The notes under the pieces were generated by a model. It saw only the letters and a program-made list of their open reading frames with translations, did no database searches and was not told the origin of the DNA. A stretch of 64,000 bases of DNA, taken from contig CAVRCJ010000008.1 of the NCBI GenBank assembly GCA_963719515.1, forward strand, positions 1 through 64,000. Reading direction: 5' to 3'. The stretch comes from an uncultured cyanobacterium (GTDB taxonomy: Bacteria > Cyanobacteriota > Cyanobacteriia > CAKZMO01). How positions within the stretch are numbered: position 1 is the first letter of the stretch; every line of letters starts with the position of its first letter. Positions 20,985 to 30,139 of the stretch are shown here, piece by piece. The position numbers and the translations under genes were made by a program.

Positions 20985-21566
20985 ATGGCGATCGCTGCCC
21001 GTAACCCACAGCCCCCCATTGTGACGCCGTATCGCTGGACCAGCGATCGCTACCGGATGGCGGTGGATGCGGGGATTTTTGAGGGACAACCGGTAGAACT
21101 TTTGGATGGAGCGCTAATTGAGATGGTCCCGGAGGGCATTCCCCATGCTGGGTTGAGTAGCGATGGGGCGGATTATCTACGAGCGCTTTTGGGCGGGCGG
21201 GTGAAAATTCGAGAGGCGAAGCCCATTACGCTGCCCAATGATTCGGAGCCGGAGCCAGATATTGCGGTGGTGAAGCTTTTGGGCAAGGTCTACAGGACGG
21301 AGCGCCATCCGGAGGTGCCGGATATCTTCTGGGTAATCGAGTATTCTGACACCAGCTTAGAAAAGGATCTGCAGCTCAAGACGAAGGTTTATGCTCAAGC
21401 AGCGATCGCGGAGTATTGGGTAGTGAATTTGAGGACGCGAAAGCTGACTGTCTTTCGCGATTCGGTGGGGGAGGGGTATGAGTCGCGGCAGGTGATGGCT
21501 GATGGGGCGATTCGCCCGGTGAGCTTTCCGGCGGTGAGTGTTGAGGTGAATCGATTGGTGCGGTAG
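20985..21566 (+). CDS. Uma2 family endonuclease
   Basis: VELLDGALIEM.P...H, EPEPDI, VIEYSDTSL..D...K..YA.A.IAEYWVVNL. Confidence 0.9.
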   Translation: MAIAARNPQPPIVTPYRWTSDRYRMAVDAGIFEGQPVELLDGALIEMVPEGIPHAGLSSDGADYLRALLGGRVKIREAKPITLPNDSEPEPDIAVVKLLGKVYRTERHPEVPDIFWVIEYSDTSLEKDLQLKTKVYAQAAIAEYWVVNLRTRKLTVFRDSVGEGYESRQVMADGAIRPVSFPAVSVEVNRLVR

Positions 21567-21837
21567 GTCAGGCTGGGTATTGACGACGAATACACGCTAA
21601 GACAGGCCGAGTTTACTTGAACAGCCGGTCAAACATGGGGCCGATAGTGAGGACGAGGCCGTTGGCTAACCGAGGTGTGGTACTTTGCTACGGCGATCGC
21701 CGAGTATTGGATTCGGTCAAGTGATGGTGGTAGGGAGCCTAGGTTAGGGAAACCTTTTGACACCACAAGAGCCGGTATTACAGCTATCAACATGCGATCG
21801 CTATCGGCTCGTAAATCTCTAATCGGGGCACGGAGGA

Positions 21838-22398
21838 TTGGCATTGACCGGGGCAGCACAATGTGAAGCAATGATTCAATCCTTGCAGTGGGAAGATTTG
21901 CGCGCTCTGTGGGAAAGGATTGAGAACCGTAATACTCCGGAGTGGGGTCTGGGAAAAGCCTTTGAATACCTTGTCATACGAGCTTTCCAGCTTGATGGAG
22001 CAGATGTTAAGTATTCGTACAGGGTGAGGTTATTTGGGGAAGAAGTTGAGCAGGTTGATGGTGTCGTTTACTGCTCAGGGCTATCTTGTCTAGTGGAGAG
22101 CAAGGACTTTGCTGACAGGGTCAATGTTGACATAGCACCAATCGCTAAACTGCGTAACCAGCTTTTGCGCCGCCCTGCGAACACGCTTGGCTTAGTATTT
22201 AGTCGAACAGGGTTTACAGATCCTGCCCGCCATCTCTCCTATTTTTCGCTGCCTCAGACAATCCTCCTCTGGAGCGGAGAAGAGATAGAATATGCTTTAG
22301 AGCAAGAATCAATTTGCGAGCTGCTACTGCTCAAATATCGCGTGTGCGTCGAAGATGGACTACCTGACTATGACGTTAGAGAGAGGGACATTCCATGA
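21838..22398 (+). CDS. Mrr-like PD-(D/E)xK restriction endonuclease
   Basis: GKAFEYLV, EQVDG, LVESKD and SRTGFT motifs; start uncertain. Confidence 0.75.
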   Translation: MALTGAAQCEAMIQSLQWEDLRALWERIENRNTPEWGLGKAFEYLVIRAFQLDGADVKYSYRVRLFGEEVEQVDGVVYCSGLSCLVESKDFADRVNVDIAPIAKLRNQLLRRPANTLGLVFSRTGFTDPARHLSYFSLPQTILLWSGEEIEYALEQESICELLLLKYRVCVEDGLPDYDVRERDIP

Positions 22399-22946
22399 CA
22401 GCTTACGTTGTGTGTGAAGGTGAGTGCGATGCGCAGATACTGAAGCGTCTGCTTCCGGAAGAAGCTGTCGGTGACGTTGAGGTTGTTGTGGCGGGTGGGC
22501 TTTCTGCTGTTAAGTCGTTAGCTCGGTCTTTGGTTGTCAGGCGGCAGTGCCCTGTTGCGATCGTGGCGGATGCTGATGCAGTCGTTCCGGAGCAAGTTGA
22601 ACAGCGGCTTCAAGATATACAAGAGATTGTTGGAAATATTGCTGCGAATACGCCTGTCAAGGTGGTGCTGGCTGTTCCTGCTCTTGAAGCTGTCTTCTTT
22701 CAGGATGTTTCTTTACTTTCAAAATGGTTGGGGCACGCGCCTTCTCAAGATATGCTCAATTTGGCAATCTATCAGCCTAAGCAGGCGTTGGTGCAATTGA
22801 TTGCTCAATCGGATAGTATTCAGAGTCAGTCTCATCTGGTAGAGCAGCTTGCCCACAGCGAGGTTGAAGTTCTTCGCGGTGCTCCAGTTATTCAAGAGCT
22901 GATTCAGTTTCTTCAATCTACGCGAGAAACTGCTGGTGCTTTGTGA
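22395..22946 (+). CDS. TOPRIM-like protein (OLD/DUF4276-like)
   Basis: YVVCEGECD, AGG, VADAD and VPALEA motifs; ATGA overlap with the endonuclease gene. Confidence 0.6.
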   Translation: MTAYVVCEGECDAQILKRLLPEEAVGDVEVVVAGGLSAVKSLARSLVVRRQCPVAIVADADAVVPEQVEQRLQDIQEIVGNIAANTPVKVVLAVPALEAVFFQDVSLLSKWLGHAPSQDMLNLAIYQPKQALVQLIAQSDSIQSQSHLVEQLAHSEVEVLRGAPVIQELIQFLQSTRETAGAL

Positions 22947-23088
22947 TGTGGTGCGATCGCGAATAGAATTATATCAAGCGGATAATAGAATTAAAATTGT
23001 TATTTTTAGCTCTCCCAAAGTGCTAGCGCTTTTTTATTTTCTGCCTTTGCTAAACTAATCTAAGATGCCAATAGTGAAGCCGCTAAAA

Positions 23089-24043
23089 ATGTCTAGAGAA
23101 TTGCGATTGAAAATCACATCTTTTTTCGATTTTTGGAGGAAAAAACACGAATTTATTTATGGTTTAGATTTGAGTAAGCGTGACTACGAAATTCATGTGC
23201 TTCTCTGGGCTTCATTGGATGCACTGTCTATTCTGTGGTCAGAAAATTTCGGAAAAGAAGTATGTAAAAATAAAAATAAAAGACGCATCTTTGATGCTTT
23301 TTTAGTCCAATACGGTGACAATATTTTTCAATTCGCCTCATTGCCAGATATCTGGGATCGAGTAGATCAAAAAAATACAAGAATTAGTAAAGATCGCGAA
23401 TTATCTCAGGATGTCTCTGCTTGCCTTCAAACGATTGGAGATCGGCAGACTCCTACTCATGTAAGCAATCGTCAATTACGTCAAACCTCTGATGATTGGA
23501 GCATGAGAGGAGTCGTTGATTTTGTTCTGAGAAAGTACCCCTTGGTGGTGCAGAAATCTCGGCCAGAGAGTATTGATTCTCATAGAAAGGCTGGAAAAGC
23601 TCAGATACGTACTCTCAAACCACGCAAATACGTGGGGAATTGCCTCAATTTGCCCTGAACTGCGGAAATTGTCGTTTTCGGCGAAATCCTTTAGTACCAA
23701 TGCTTTCAGGAGTTCTCTGCACCACTAAGGAAAGTACCCTGATACAAATCGAGTCGACCTTGAAGATTGGGTGGCGCAGTCGCGATATGGCTCGATTGCA
23801 TATAAGGAGATGCGATCTTCTTATATCCACAAAGGTATACCTGGTGCAAGAACACATGGTTTCGACCTATACGAATCTAACGTAAGGCCTGCATATCTCA
23901 GCGGAATTTATACTACACCTCCTAGTATCGGATTCAAGGCTGAATTCATGCTGGCTGTGCTGAAGAAATGCATCGATGCATTTGAATCAGATGCGTTGAT
24001 ACAGCAAAAAGACCCGATTCTAGAAAAATACCGCAAAATGTGA
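23089..24043 (+). pseudogene. HEPN-like protein gene interrupted by a MITE
   Basis: Removing the element and one target copy (199 bp) gives one 251-aa frame ..VLRKYP-DTNRVDLEDWVAQSRYG..MRSSYIHKG with an RxxxxH motif. Confidence 0.75.
23541..23729. mobile_element. 189-bp MITE
   Basis: Inverted ends CTTGGTGGTGCAGA / TCTGCACCACTAAG; 10-bp duplication GAAAGTACCC at 23531-23540 and 23730-23739. Confidence 0.9.
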
Positions 24044-24161
24044 TCAATCTTTGATAGCGCTAGCTGCAGGTAGAGTCAAGGGATGAACCTCAACATTGCT
24101 GTTGCTATTAGATATCCCGACGAAACTTATCGATGCTCTAAATTTATTAGGTTCTTTGACC

Positions 24162-25718
24162 GTACCTATTCAGGTGCAGGGATTGACAAAGGGAGACGTT
24201 GCGGTAGCGTTAGTTGATGAGCCCACCACCTGCCTCGGATATTCCAGACCTCAGCGAATTAGAGCAAGCACCGCGCTCTGTGCTGGTAGGGATTATCGTG
24301 CGGCAGCAAGAGCTGATAGAGCAGCTAGCTCGAGAGGTAGAGCGGCTCAAAGGAATCATTGATAGCGATAGCCAGAGTTCGTCGAAACCGCCGTCAAGCG
24401 ACTTGGTGCGACGCAGTGAGAAACCAAAGCCAGCAGAAGAGGGGAAAGAGGATTTGCCCAAAGCCGGCAAGCGGAAAGCAGGGGGACAGCCAGGGCACCA
24501 GGGGAAAACACGCAAGGGATTTGGACGAGTAGATCGATACGAGGTGGTGCATCTAGAGCATTGCCCGAGATGCGGAAGTGGACATATCGAAAGCGTGGGA
24601 CAAAGCTATCGGTGCTACCAGGTGGCGCAGCTGGTGGCCAAGCCGATAGAAGTGGTGGAATACCAGCAGTGGCGGGGATATTGCGGGGGATGTGGTAGCC
24701 ATGTCGCTGCGCCCTTACCCGAGGATGTGGTGGCAGGAGAGGATTTGGGCGTGAGCTTGCAGGCGATGCTGGTGTGGCTGAGTCACTATGGCCACTTATC
24801 CTACGGCAAGCAGCAGGAATGGCTCAAAGAGCTAGGTGATATCGAGGTAGGTGTGGGGACGCTTGTGGCAACGACGCGGCGGGCTAGCCAAGCAGTAGCG
24901 GCAGCGGTGGATGACTTGCAAGCTTGGGCAAAGCAGCAACCACAGCTGCATGTGGATGAAACAGCTTGGCTGGTGAAGGGGGTCAAAGAGTGGTTATGGA
25001 CCATCAGCGGTGAAGGATTTGCGCTCCTCCATGCCGGGGATACCCGCTCGCGCAGTGAGCTGGAGATGCTGCTGGGAAAGAGCTTTGCAGGGGTGCTCAT
25101 CTCCGATGACTACAGCGTATACAACGGCTACCCGGTAGCCGCTCAGCAGAAGTGCCTAGCGCACCTATTGCGGCACTTCAAGCAAGTAGCTAAGCTAAAG
25201 CCCCCGCACCAGAAGGCATTGGCCGAAGCATTCATTGCCTTGATAAAAGAGGCCTTTGACCGCCATCGCCACTACCGCCTCGCAGGCGACAGGGCATCCT
25301 ATAACCTATGGGCTGAGCAATTCAAAGTTACATTAGCCGAGGCAATAGCCGAGTGGAAGCCCAAAGCGGGCCATGCGGCTGGGCTTCTGCTCACCTCATT
25401 GGTGAGCAAGGCGCACCAGTGGTGGTACTTCCTAGACCACCCTCAGGTGCCGCCAGACAACAATTGTGCTGAGCGCTCGCTGCGGCTCGGAGTGACCAAA
25501 CGCAAGGTGTCAGGCGGCTCTCGCTCGATGTCAGGCTTTGAGCACACCGCACGACTATTATCGGTGATTCAGACCTGTCGGGCTCAGGGACGCTCTGCCA
25601 TAGCCTTCGTCGGGCAGGCATTGGCCAAAGCGGCAGGAGCCATCGACTTGGAGGTGTCACTCATCCCTCTCCAGCATCTACAGCCCTGTGCCGTCAACCT
25701 CTAGACCTGAATACGTAC
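24162..25718 (+). mobile_element. IS66-family element A (single-ORF type)
   Basis: Ends GTACCTATTCAGGT / ACCTGAATACGTAC; 8-bp duplication CTTTGACC at 24154-24161 and 25719-25726. Confidence 0.92.
24214..25704 (+). CDS. IS66 family transposase
   Basis: SSKPPSSD, GGQPGH, CxxC zinc motifs, HVDET, SDDY, QKCLAHL and DNNCAERSLR. Confidence 0.92.
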   Translation: MMSPPPASDIPDLSELEQAPRSVLVGIIVRQQELIEQLAREVERLKGIIDSDSQSSSKPPSSDLVRRSEKPKPAEEGKEDLPKAGKRKAGGQPGHQGKTRKGFGRVDRYEVVHLEHCPRCGSGHIESVGQSYRCYQVAQLVAKPIEVVEYQQWRGYCGGCGSHVAAPLPEDVVAGEDLGVSLQAMLVWLSHYGHLSYGKQQEWLKELGDIEVGVGTLVATTRRASQAVAAAVDDLQAWAKQQPQLHVDETAWLVKGVKEWLWTISGEGFALLHAGDTRSRSELEMLLGKSFAGVLISDDYSVYNGYPVAAQQKCLAHLLRHFKQVAKLKPPHQKALAEAFIALIKEAFDRHRHYRLAGDRASYNLWAEQFKVTLAEAIAEWKPKAGHAAGLLLTSLVSKAHQWWYFLDHPQVPPDNNCAERSLRLGVTKRKVSGGSRSMSGFEHTARLLSVIQTCRAQGRSAIAFVGQALAKAAGAIDLEVSLIPLQHLQPCAVNL

Positions 25719-25726
25719 CTTTGACC

Positions 25727-27337
25727 GTAACCGTCCCAGAGATTTAAGGAAGGCTTAGGCATTGCCGGGATCGCACTCAGGTAAATTGGCGACATGAGTG
25801 AAGACATTGAGATCGCCGGGGTCAAGATTCCGAAAAGCGACTGGGAGGCCAGCCCTGCCAGTATGCGACTGCTGGTGACGGTACTCAGTGAGCGATTGGC
25901 AGCATTGGAAGAGCAGATCAAGCAGAACTCGCAGAATTCGTCTAGGCCGCCCTCCTCGGATGGGTTTGGCAAGCAAATAAAGGAAAAGAAGAAGGGCAGA
26001 GCGCCCAAGCGCGAGGGGACGCCCAAAGCGGCTCGGCGAGTGCGCAAGCTGTATCCTCCAGAGGCTTGCAGCGCGGTGCATCAGGTGAAGCCGGAGGTGT
26101 GTGGTTTTTGCGGGGAAGGGCTTCGGGGAGAGGAGAAGCGCCCTGAGCGGCATCAGGTGATAGAAGTGCCGCCCGTATTACCAGAGGTAGTGGAGTACCA
26201 ACTGCACAAGCTCAGCTGCGAGCACTGCGGGGGTGTGACGAGGGCAGCGCTACCGCAAGGGGTGGCTGCATCGGGGTATGGGGAGCGGCTAACGGCTATC
26301 GTCGGGCTCTTGAGCGGACCCTACCGTCAGAGCCACCGGCAAGTATGCGCGCTGATGGAAGAACTGTTTGGCGTTAGGCTATCGCGAGGTGGGGTGGGGC
26401 GGATGCGCCAGGAGATGAGTACAGCGGTAAGCGGGGCGGTCACCGAAGCAAAACGCTATGTGCAATCTCAGCCTGTGGTCAATAGTGACGAGACCAGCTT
26501 CACTCAGGGGAATCGGGATGGCCAGAATGCCCAGAAGAGCAAAGGCTGGCTGTGGGTGTTGGCCACTCCTCTAGTGAGCATCTTCGAGATAGCGCTCTCT
26601 CGCTCGAAGGGGACAGCAAAAGCCCACATCGGGGAGAACTTCAAGGGCATCGTTATCTCAGACCGCTACAGCGCCTACCAGTGGCTAGCACTAGACCAAT
26701 GGCAGGTGTGCTGGGCACATCTTAAACGAGACTTGACGGCGATAGCCCAGCGCAGCGGCGCGTCGAAGGAGATTGGCGAAGCGCTGCTGAGGCGAGAGCG
26801 GCGCTTGTTCCGCTGGTGGCATCGGGTGCGTGATGGCACCCTCACCAGAGAGCAGTTTGCTCTCCATGTCAGACACTTGCGTGCAGGCTTCAAAGCGGAG
26901 CTAGAAGCTGCTGCGGCCCTGCCGATTGCCCAAGGCGAGAAGACGCCGCTCGCCAAAACCGTGCGCACCTGCCGCATGCTGCTCAAAGTGGAGCCTGCTT
27001 TGTGGACTTTTGTCACCACCGTTGGCGTCGAGCCGACCAACAATGCAGCAGAGCGAGCATTGAGACCAGCAGTAATCTGGCGGCGCACCAGCTTTGGCTC
27101 GCAGTCGCAAGCGGGTAGCGAGTTCGTGGCCAGGATGCTGACGGTGAGTGCTTCGTTAAAAGCGCAGCAGCGTAGCCTGCTCGAGTTCCTCACACAAGCT
27201 TGCCGGGCGGCAAGAGGAGGATTAGCACCGCCTTCATTACTGCCGCTGATTCCAGATGACAACCCTCGCCCTGACGATAAGCCGCTACTGGTGAATCCTG
27301 CGCTGGCGGCTTAGAACCATCCTCCAGGGACGGTTAC
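25727..27337 (+). mobile_element. IS66-family element B
   Basis: Perfect 11-bp ends GTAACCGTCCC / GGGACGGTTAC; flanks do not match (CTTTGACC vs GGTGAAAC). Confidence 0.9.
25794..27314 (+). CDS. IS66 family transposase
   Basis: NSSRPPSSD, CxxC, SDET, SDRYSAY, QVCWAHLKRD and PTNNAAERALR. Confidence 0.92.
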   Translation: MSEDIEIAGVKIPKSDWEASPASMRLLVTVLSERLAALEEQIKQNSQNSSRPPSSDGFGKQIKEKKKGRAPKREGTPKAARRVRKLYPPEACSAVHQVKPEVCGFCGEGLRGEEKRPERHQVIEVPPVLPEVVEYQLHKLSCEHCGGVTRAALPQGVAASGYGERLTAIVGLLSGPYRQSHRQVCALMEELFGVRLSRGGVGRMRQEMSTAVSGAVTEAKRYVQSQPVVNSDETSFTQGNRDGQNAQKSKGWLWVLATPLVSIFEIALSRSKGTAKAHIGENFKGIVISDRYSAYQWLALDQWQVCWAHLKRDLTAIAQRSGASKEIGEALLRRERRLFRWWHRVRDGTLTREQFALHVRHLRAGFKAELEAAAALPIAQGEKTPLAKTVRTCRMLLKVEPALWTFVTTVGVEPTNNAAERALRPAVIWRRTSFGSQSQAGSEFVARMLTVSASLKAQQRSLLEFLTQACRAARGGLAPPSLLPLIPDDNPRPDDKPLLVNPALAA

Positions 27338-27472
27338 GGTGAAACACCTATCGAAGCCCTAAAAGAACTGGGTATTGCTAGGCAAGCCTGGATAGATGCA
27401 GCCCAAGCGGAGGACAAACCTATCCCGCCGCCTACTTATCGACCCGTCATTTATCAGCTCAAAACAGCGTGA
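27338..27472 (+). pseudogene. hicB: 3' remnant of a HicB-family antitoxin gene
   Basis: Translates GETPIEALKELGIARQAWIDAAQAEDKPIPPPTYRPVIYQLKTA*, starting exactly at the IS end. Confidence 0.75.
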
Positions 27473-27644
27473 GCTCTCACTGGTAAGAAGCAATTCGCCA
27501 CTGGGGACAAAACGTTTCACCCTAAGCGCAAAGCCATCGCCGCCGCAACTCTAGCGATCGCCCTACCGGCAAAGAATTAAGCCCACGAACAAAGCGATCG
27601 TGTAGTCCTTGTTGCTCCCTCATCCCAAAATCTCCCCCACACGG

Positions 27645-27893
27645 TTGCACCCGCGGCAAAACTCCGCTACTATGCCAAGCCATGGGCGCAAATCACATAC
27701 CGTCCAAACTCCGACACCCAAATATTTAGCGCCCCCTGGTTGTGTTGAGACCACTTCCAGGGGACTACACCCGCTGAACCAACCAGCGAGCGCTACTGGG
27801 ATTTTATCCCGAAGTAGCCACCTCGCCCTGTGACCGCGCGGTGGCTAAATTTTTGGGTTGTCTTTCCTACTACCCAAAGAAGACAACCCTCAA
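27645..27893 (+). promoter_or_regulatory. promoter plus structured 5' leader, copy 1
   Basis: TTGCAC-N17-TACTAT, then six hairpins shared with the 42032-42292 copy. Confidence 0.75.
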
Positions 27894-28235
27894 ATAACCT
27901 ACAAAATAATCCAGACCCCTGCCACCAGCCAGGACAGAGCCGCACGCCTAGACATCAACCCTCAAACCGGCGACTACCTCATCGGCGATCGCGAAGCGGA
28001 GGCGCAGCTCTCCAATCGCGAGACCGGCTACAACACCCTGCGGCTGATCGCCATCGGCTCCCTTTATGCGGTCAACAACTGCCGTGACAGCCTCCACGCC
28101 CTCGGCTACGCCCGCCCCGACGAATGGTCTCAGCCCATGCCCATGACGACCGGCGGCATCCTCCGTGGCCTCACCCCCACCGACGTCATGCGCATTCTCA
28201 CCAAGCGCATCCCGCTGCCGCCGCATCAACGCTAA
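27894..28235 (+). CDS. small hypothetical protein, paralog of 41678-42031; expected start codon reads ATA
   Basis: DINPQTGDY..ETGYNTLRLIAIGSLYAVNNCRDSLH.L.YARPDEWS..LRGLTPTDVMRILTKR shared with the paralog. Confidence 0.7.
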   Translation: MTYKIIQTPATSQDRAARLDINPQTGDYLIGDREAEAQLSNRETGYNTLRLIAIGSLYAVNNCRDSLHALGYARPDEWSQPMPMTTGGILRGLTPTDVMRILTKRIPLPPHQR

Positions 28236-29009
28236 CCCTCGCCCGCTAACCCTCGCCCTTAGCAGCAAACGCGCCTTGCCGCCAGTAAGTGCGGCCTCGC
28301 TTTGTGGGGCTTTGGGGTGCTGGCTGCTTAAAGCAAGTCCCTCAAAGCCCTAATAGGGAGCGAATTAGAGCTTCGCCTATCCTCGTGGGACAAACGCTAG
28401 GACATTCGCGGAAAACTGCCCGTCGGGTAAATGCCTTCCTTAGGGTCTCTGTAAGGGAAAATATCTGTGGGAAATTTCCCCGCTCTTTCCCACAAAAATT
28501 CTGGCAAATTACTCAAAAAGAACTGCTTCTCTTCCCGCAGGCCTCAACAAAAAACGCAACAGTTTTCTAAGAGTAAAGCTGATTCAAACTCTCCGGATGC
28601 CGTTTTACTCGCTCGAAAGGAGAAGGTGAACATCGTTGAAAAAGCGGATTTGTACACCCGTTTCTTCGCGAGAAGCACATTGCTTATGGCATATACGCCG
28701 GTTGAAAAAATATATTACATCGATAGATTTACCAAACATAAATAGATACAGAGCCGCGCAGCACAGGGAAGCTAGATTGACCCTGAACCCTTTACCCTGA
28801 TGGCATCTGCGCCAGCTAAAAGATGAGTTTAGGAGTTTGAATCTATGCTTTTATATGCTGAATTTACATAAGAAAAGCATTGATTTTAGGCTCTTTATCC
28901 CATAAGAGGTCCGAAAATAATATGTTTCTTTATTTTCGCTTTTCATGCAAATTGTGATGTTTCGTCATCAGCTTTTGTCAGATTCTTTCAGAATACCAGA
29001 GTAGTCATT

Positions 29010-30065
29010 ATGCTTGTAAGTTCCGAACTCGCTAATATTCCTAGCGTTGAGCGCTTGGTGGATATCTGGGCCGAACGCTATTTGCCACATTTGCCGGAGA
29101 TAAATTTAGCCGATGACCCTGTCCTTCGTGACAAATTACGTCACGCGGCAGCAGTCAGTGGCCGGATTGAAACCGTTGAGAAATTGCCCGAAGACCTAGT
29201 TAAAGATCGGTGCCGATTAGCGGCAGTCCGGGTTAGGGGCACCTACGAGCATCTCCCAGAAGGCTGTGGCATGCGGGAAGTTCTAAATCTGGCCAAATTT
29301 TCCGCCCCGGTCTATCTCAAGCTGCTAGAAGTCTATCAAGACTCTGCCGCTAACGCAGAGTCTACAGACGCTTTGCAGGCTAGCTTTGGCAATTCGTCAC
29401 TGGCGGCCTGGGGCATGCCGAACGTCGATAAGCTCTCAAGCGATCTCGAACCGCTGCTGCTGGCTTTTCAAGAGCAGCACTTGATTGCTAAAGACTGGTG
29501 CACCCTTGGGTTTATTACTACAGAGATCAACTTCAGCAATGCTCTACTGCTAGAGGAGCTTAGCCCCGTAGAACAAGTACTGCTCACGGCCTATTTTAAT
29601 TTTCTAGAAGAGCAGGTCGCGCTGCCCTGGCAGCGGATATGCGCGGCAGCGGCCCGCCACGACCTCAATGCCCCACTCTTCAAGCTAGTTGAGCGGATGC
29701 TGCCCCAAGCGTCAGATATTGCCCTAGCGGTTCACAACCGAGCCTGCAAGACCTTTCCTAAGTACCAAAGCCCCCGAGGCTCGCTGGACGACCCGTCGGT
29801 CAAGCATTCGTCGTTGCGAGACTTGTGCATGTTTCAAGCCTATCTATGGCTTGCCGTACTGCAGGGAAGTCTGCGAGTCGTCGAGCAGGAGTTGGTTGCG
29901 CTATGTATTGTCGTGCTAGAAAAAATCGGCGTTCCCTGGAAGATGACGGCTCAGGGTATTCAGATGCTGGTGGATGAAATTCATTCTCGTCTTGATGCCG
30001 ACGAGAGTAAGCTCCTCAAACCCTACACCAGCGGCATGGTGCGGGCCTTTACCAGCGCAGCGTAA
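29010..30065 (+). CDS. hypothetical protein with a phycobiliprotein/globin-like C-terminal domain
   Basis: SSLRDLCMFQAYLWLAVLQGS..EKIGVPW..TAQGIQML resembles allophycocyanin CxRDLDYYLR..AGD..SLGVP..TVQAIQAM. Confidence 0.6.
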   Translation: MLVSSELANIPSVERLVDIWAERYLPHLPEINLADDPVLRDKLRHAAAVSGRIETVEKLPEDLVKDRCRLAAVRVRGTYEHLPEGCGMREVLNLAKFSAPVYLKLLEVYQDSAANAESTDALQASFGNSSLAAWGMPNVDKLSSDLEPLLLAFQEQHLIAKDWCTLGFITTEINFSNALLLEELSPVEQVLLTAYFNFLEEQVALPWQRICAAAARHDLNAPLFKLVERMLPQASDIALAVHNRACKTFPKYQSPRGSLDDPSVKHSSLRDLCMFQAYLWLAVLQGSLRVVEQELVALCIVVLEKIGVPWKMTAQGIQMLVDEIHSRLDADESKLLKPYTSGMVRAFTSAA

Positions 30066-30139
30066 AGGGCATTGCCCTTAGTCAGGATATACAGCGCCAG
30101 ACGACGGCGTCCGGTGCTGTAGGCCTCACAACAGGTATT

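Noticed and set aside
23065..23658. 197-aa ORF as a complete gene
   Set aside because: Its last ~38 residues are read from the MITE; it is the 5' part of the split gene
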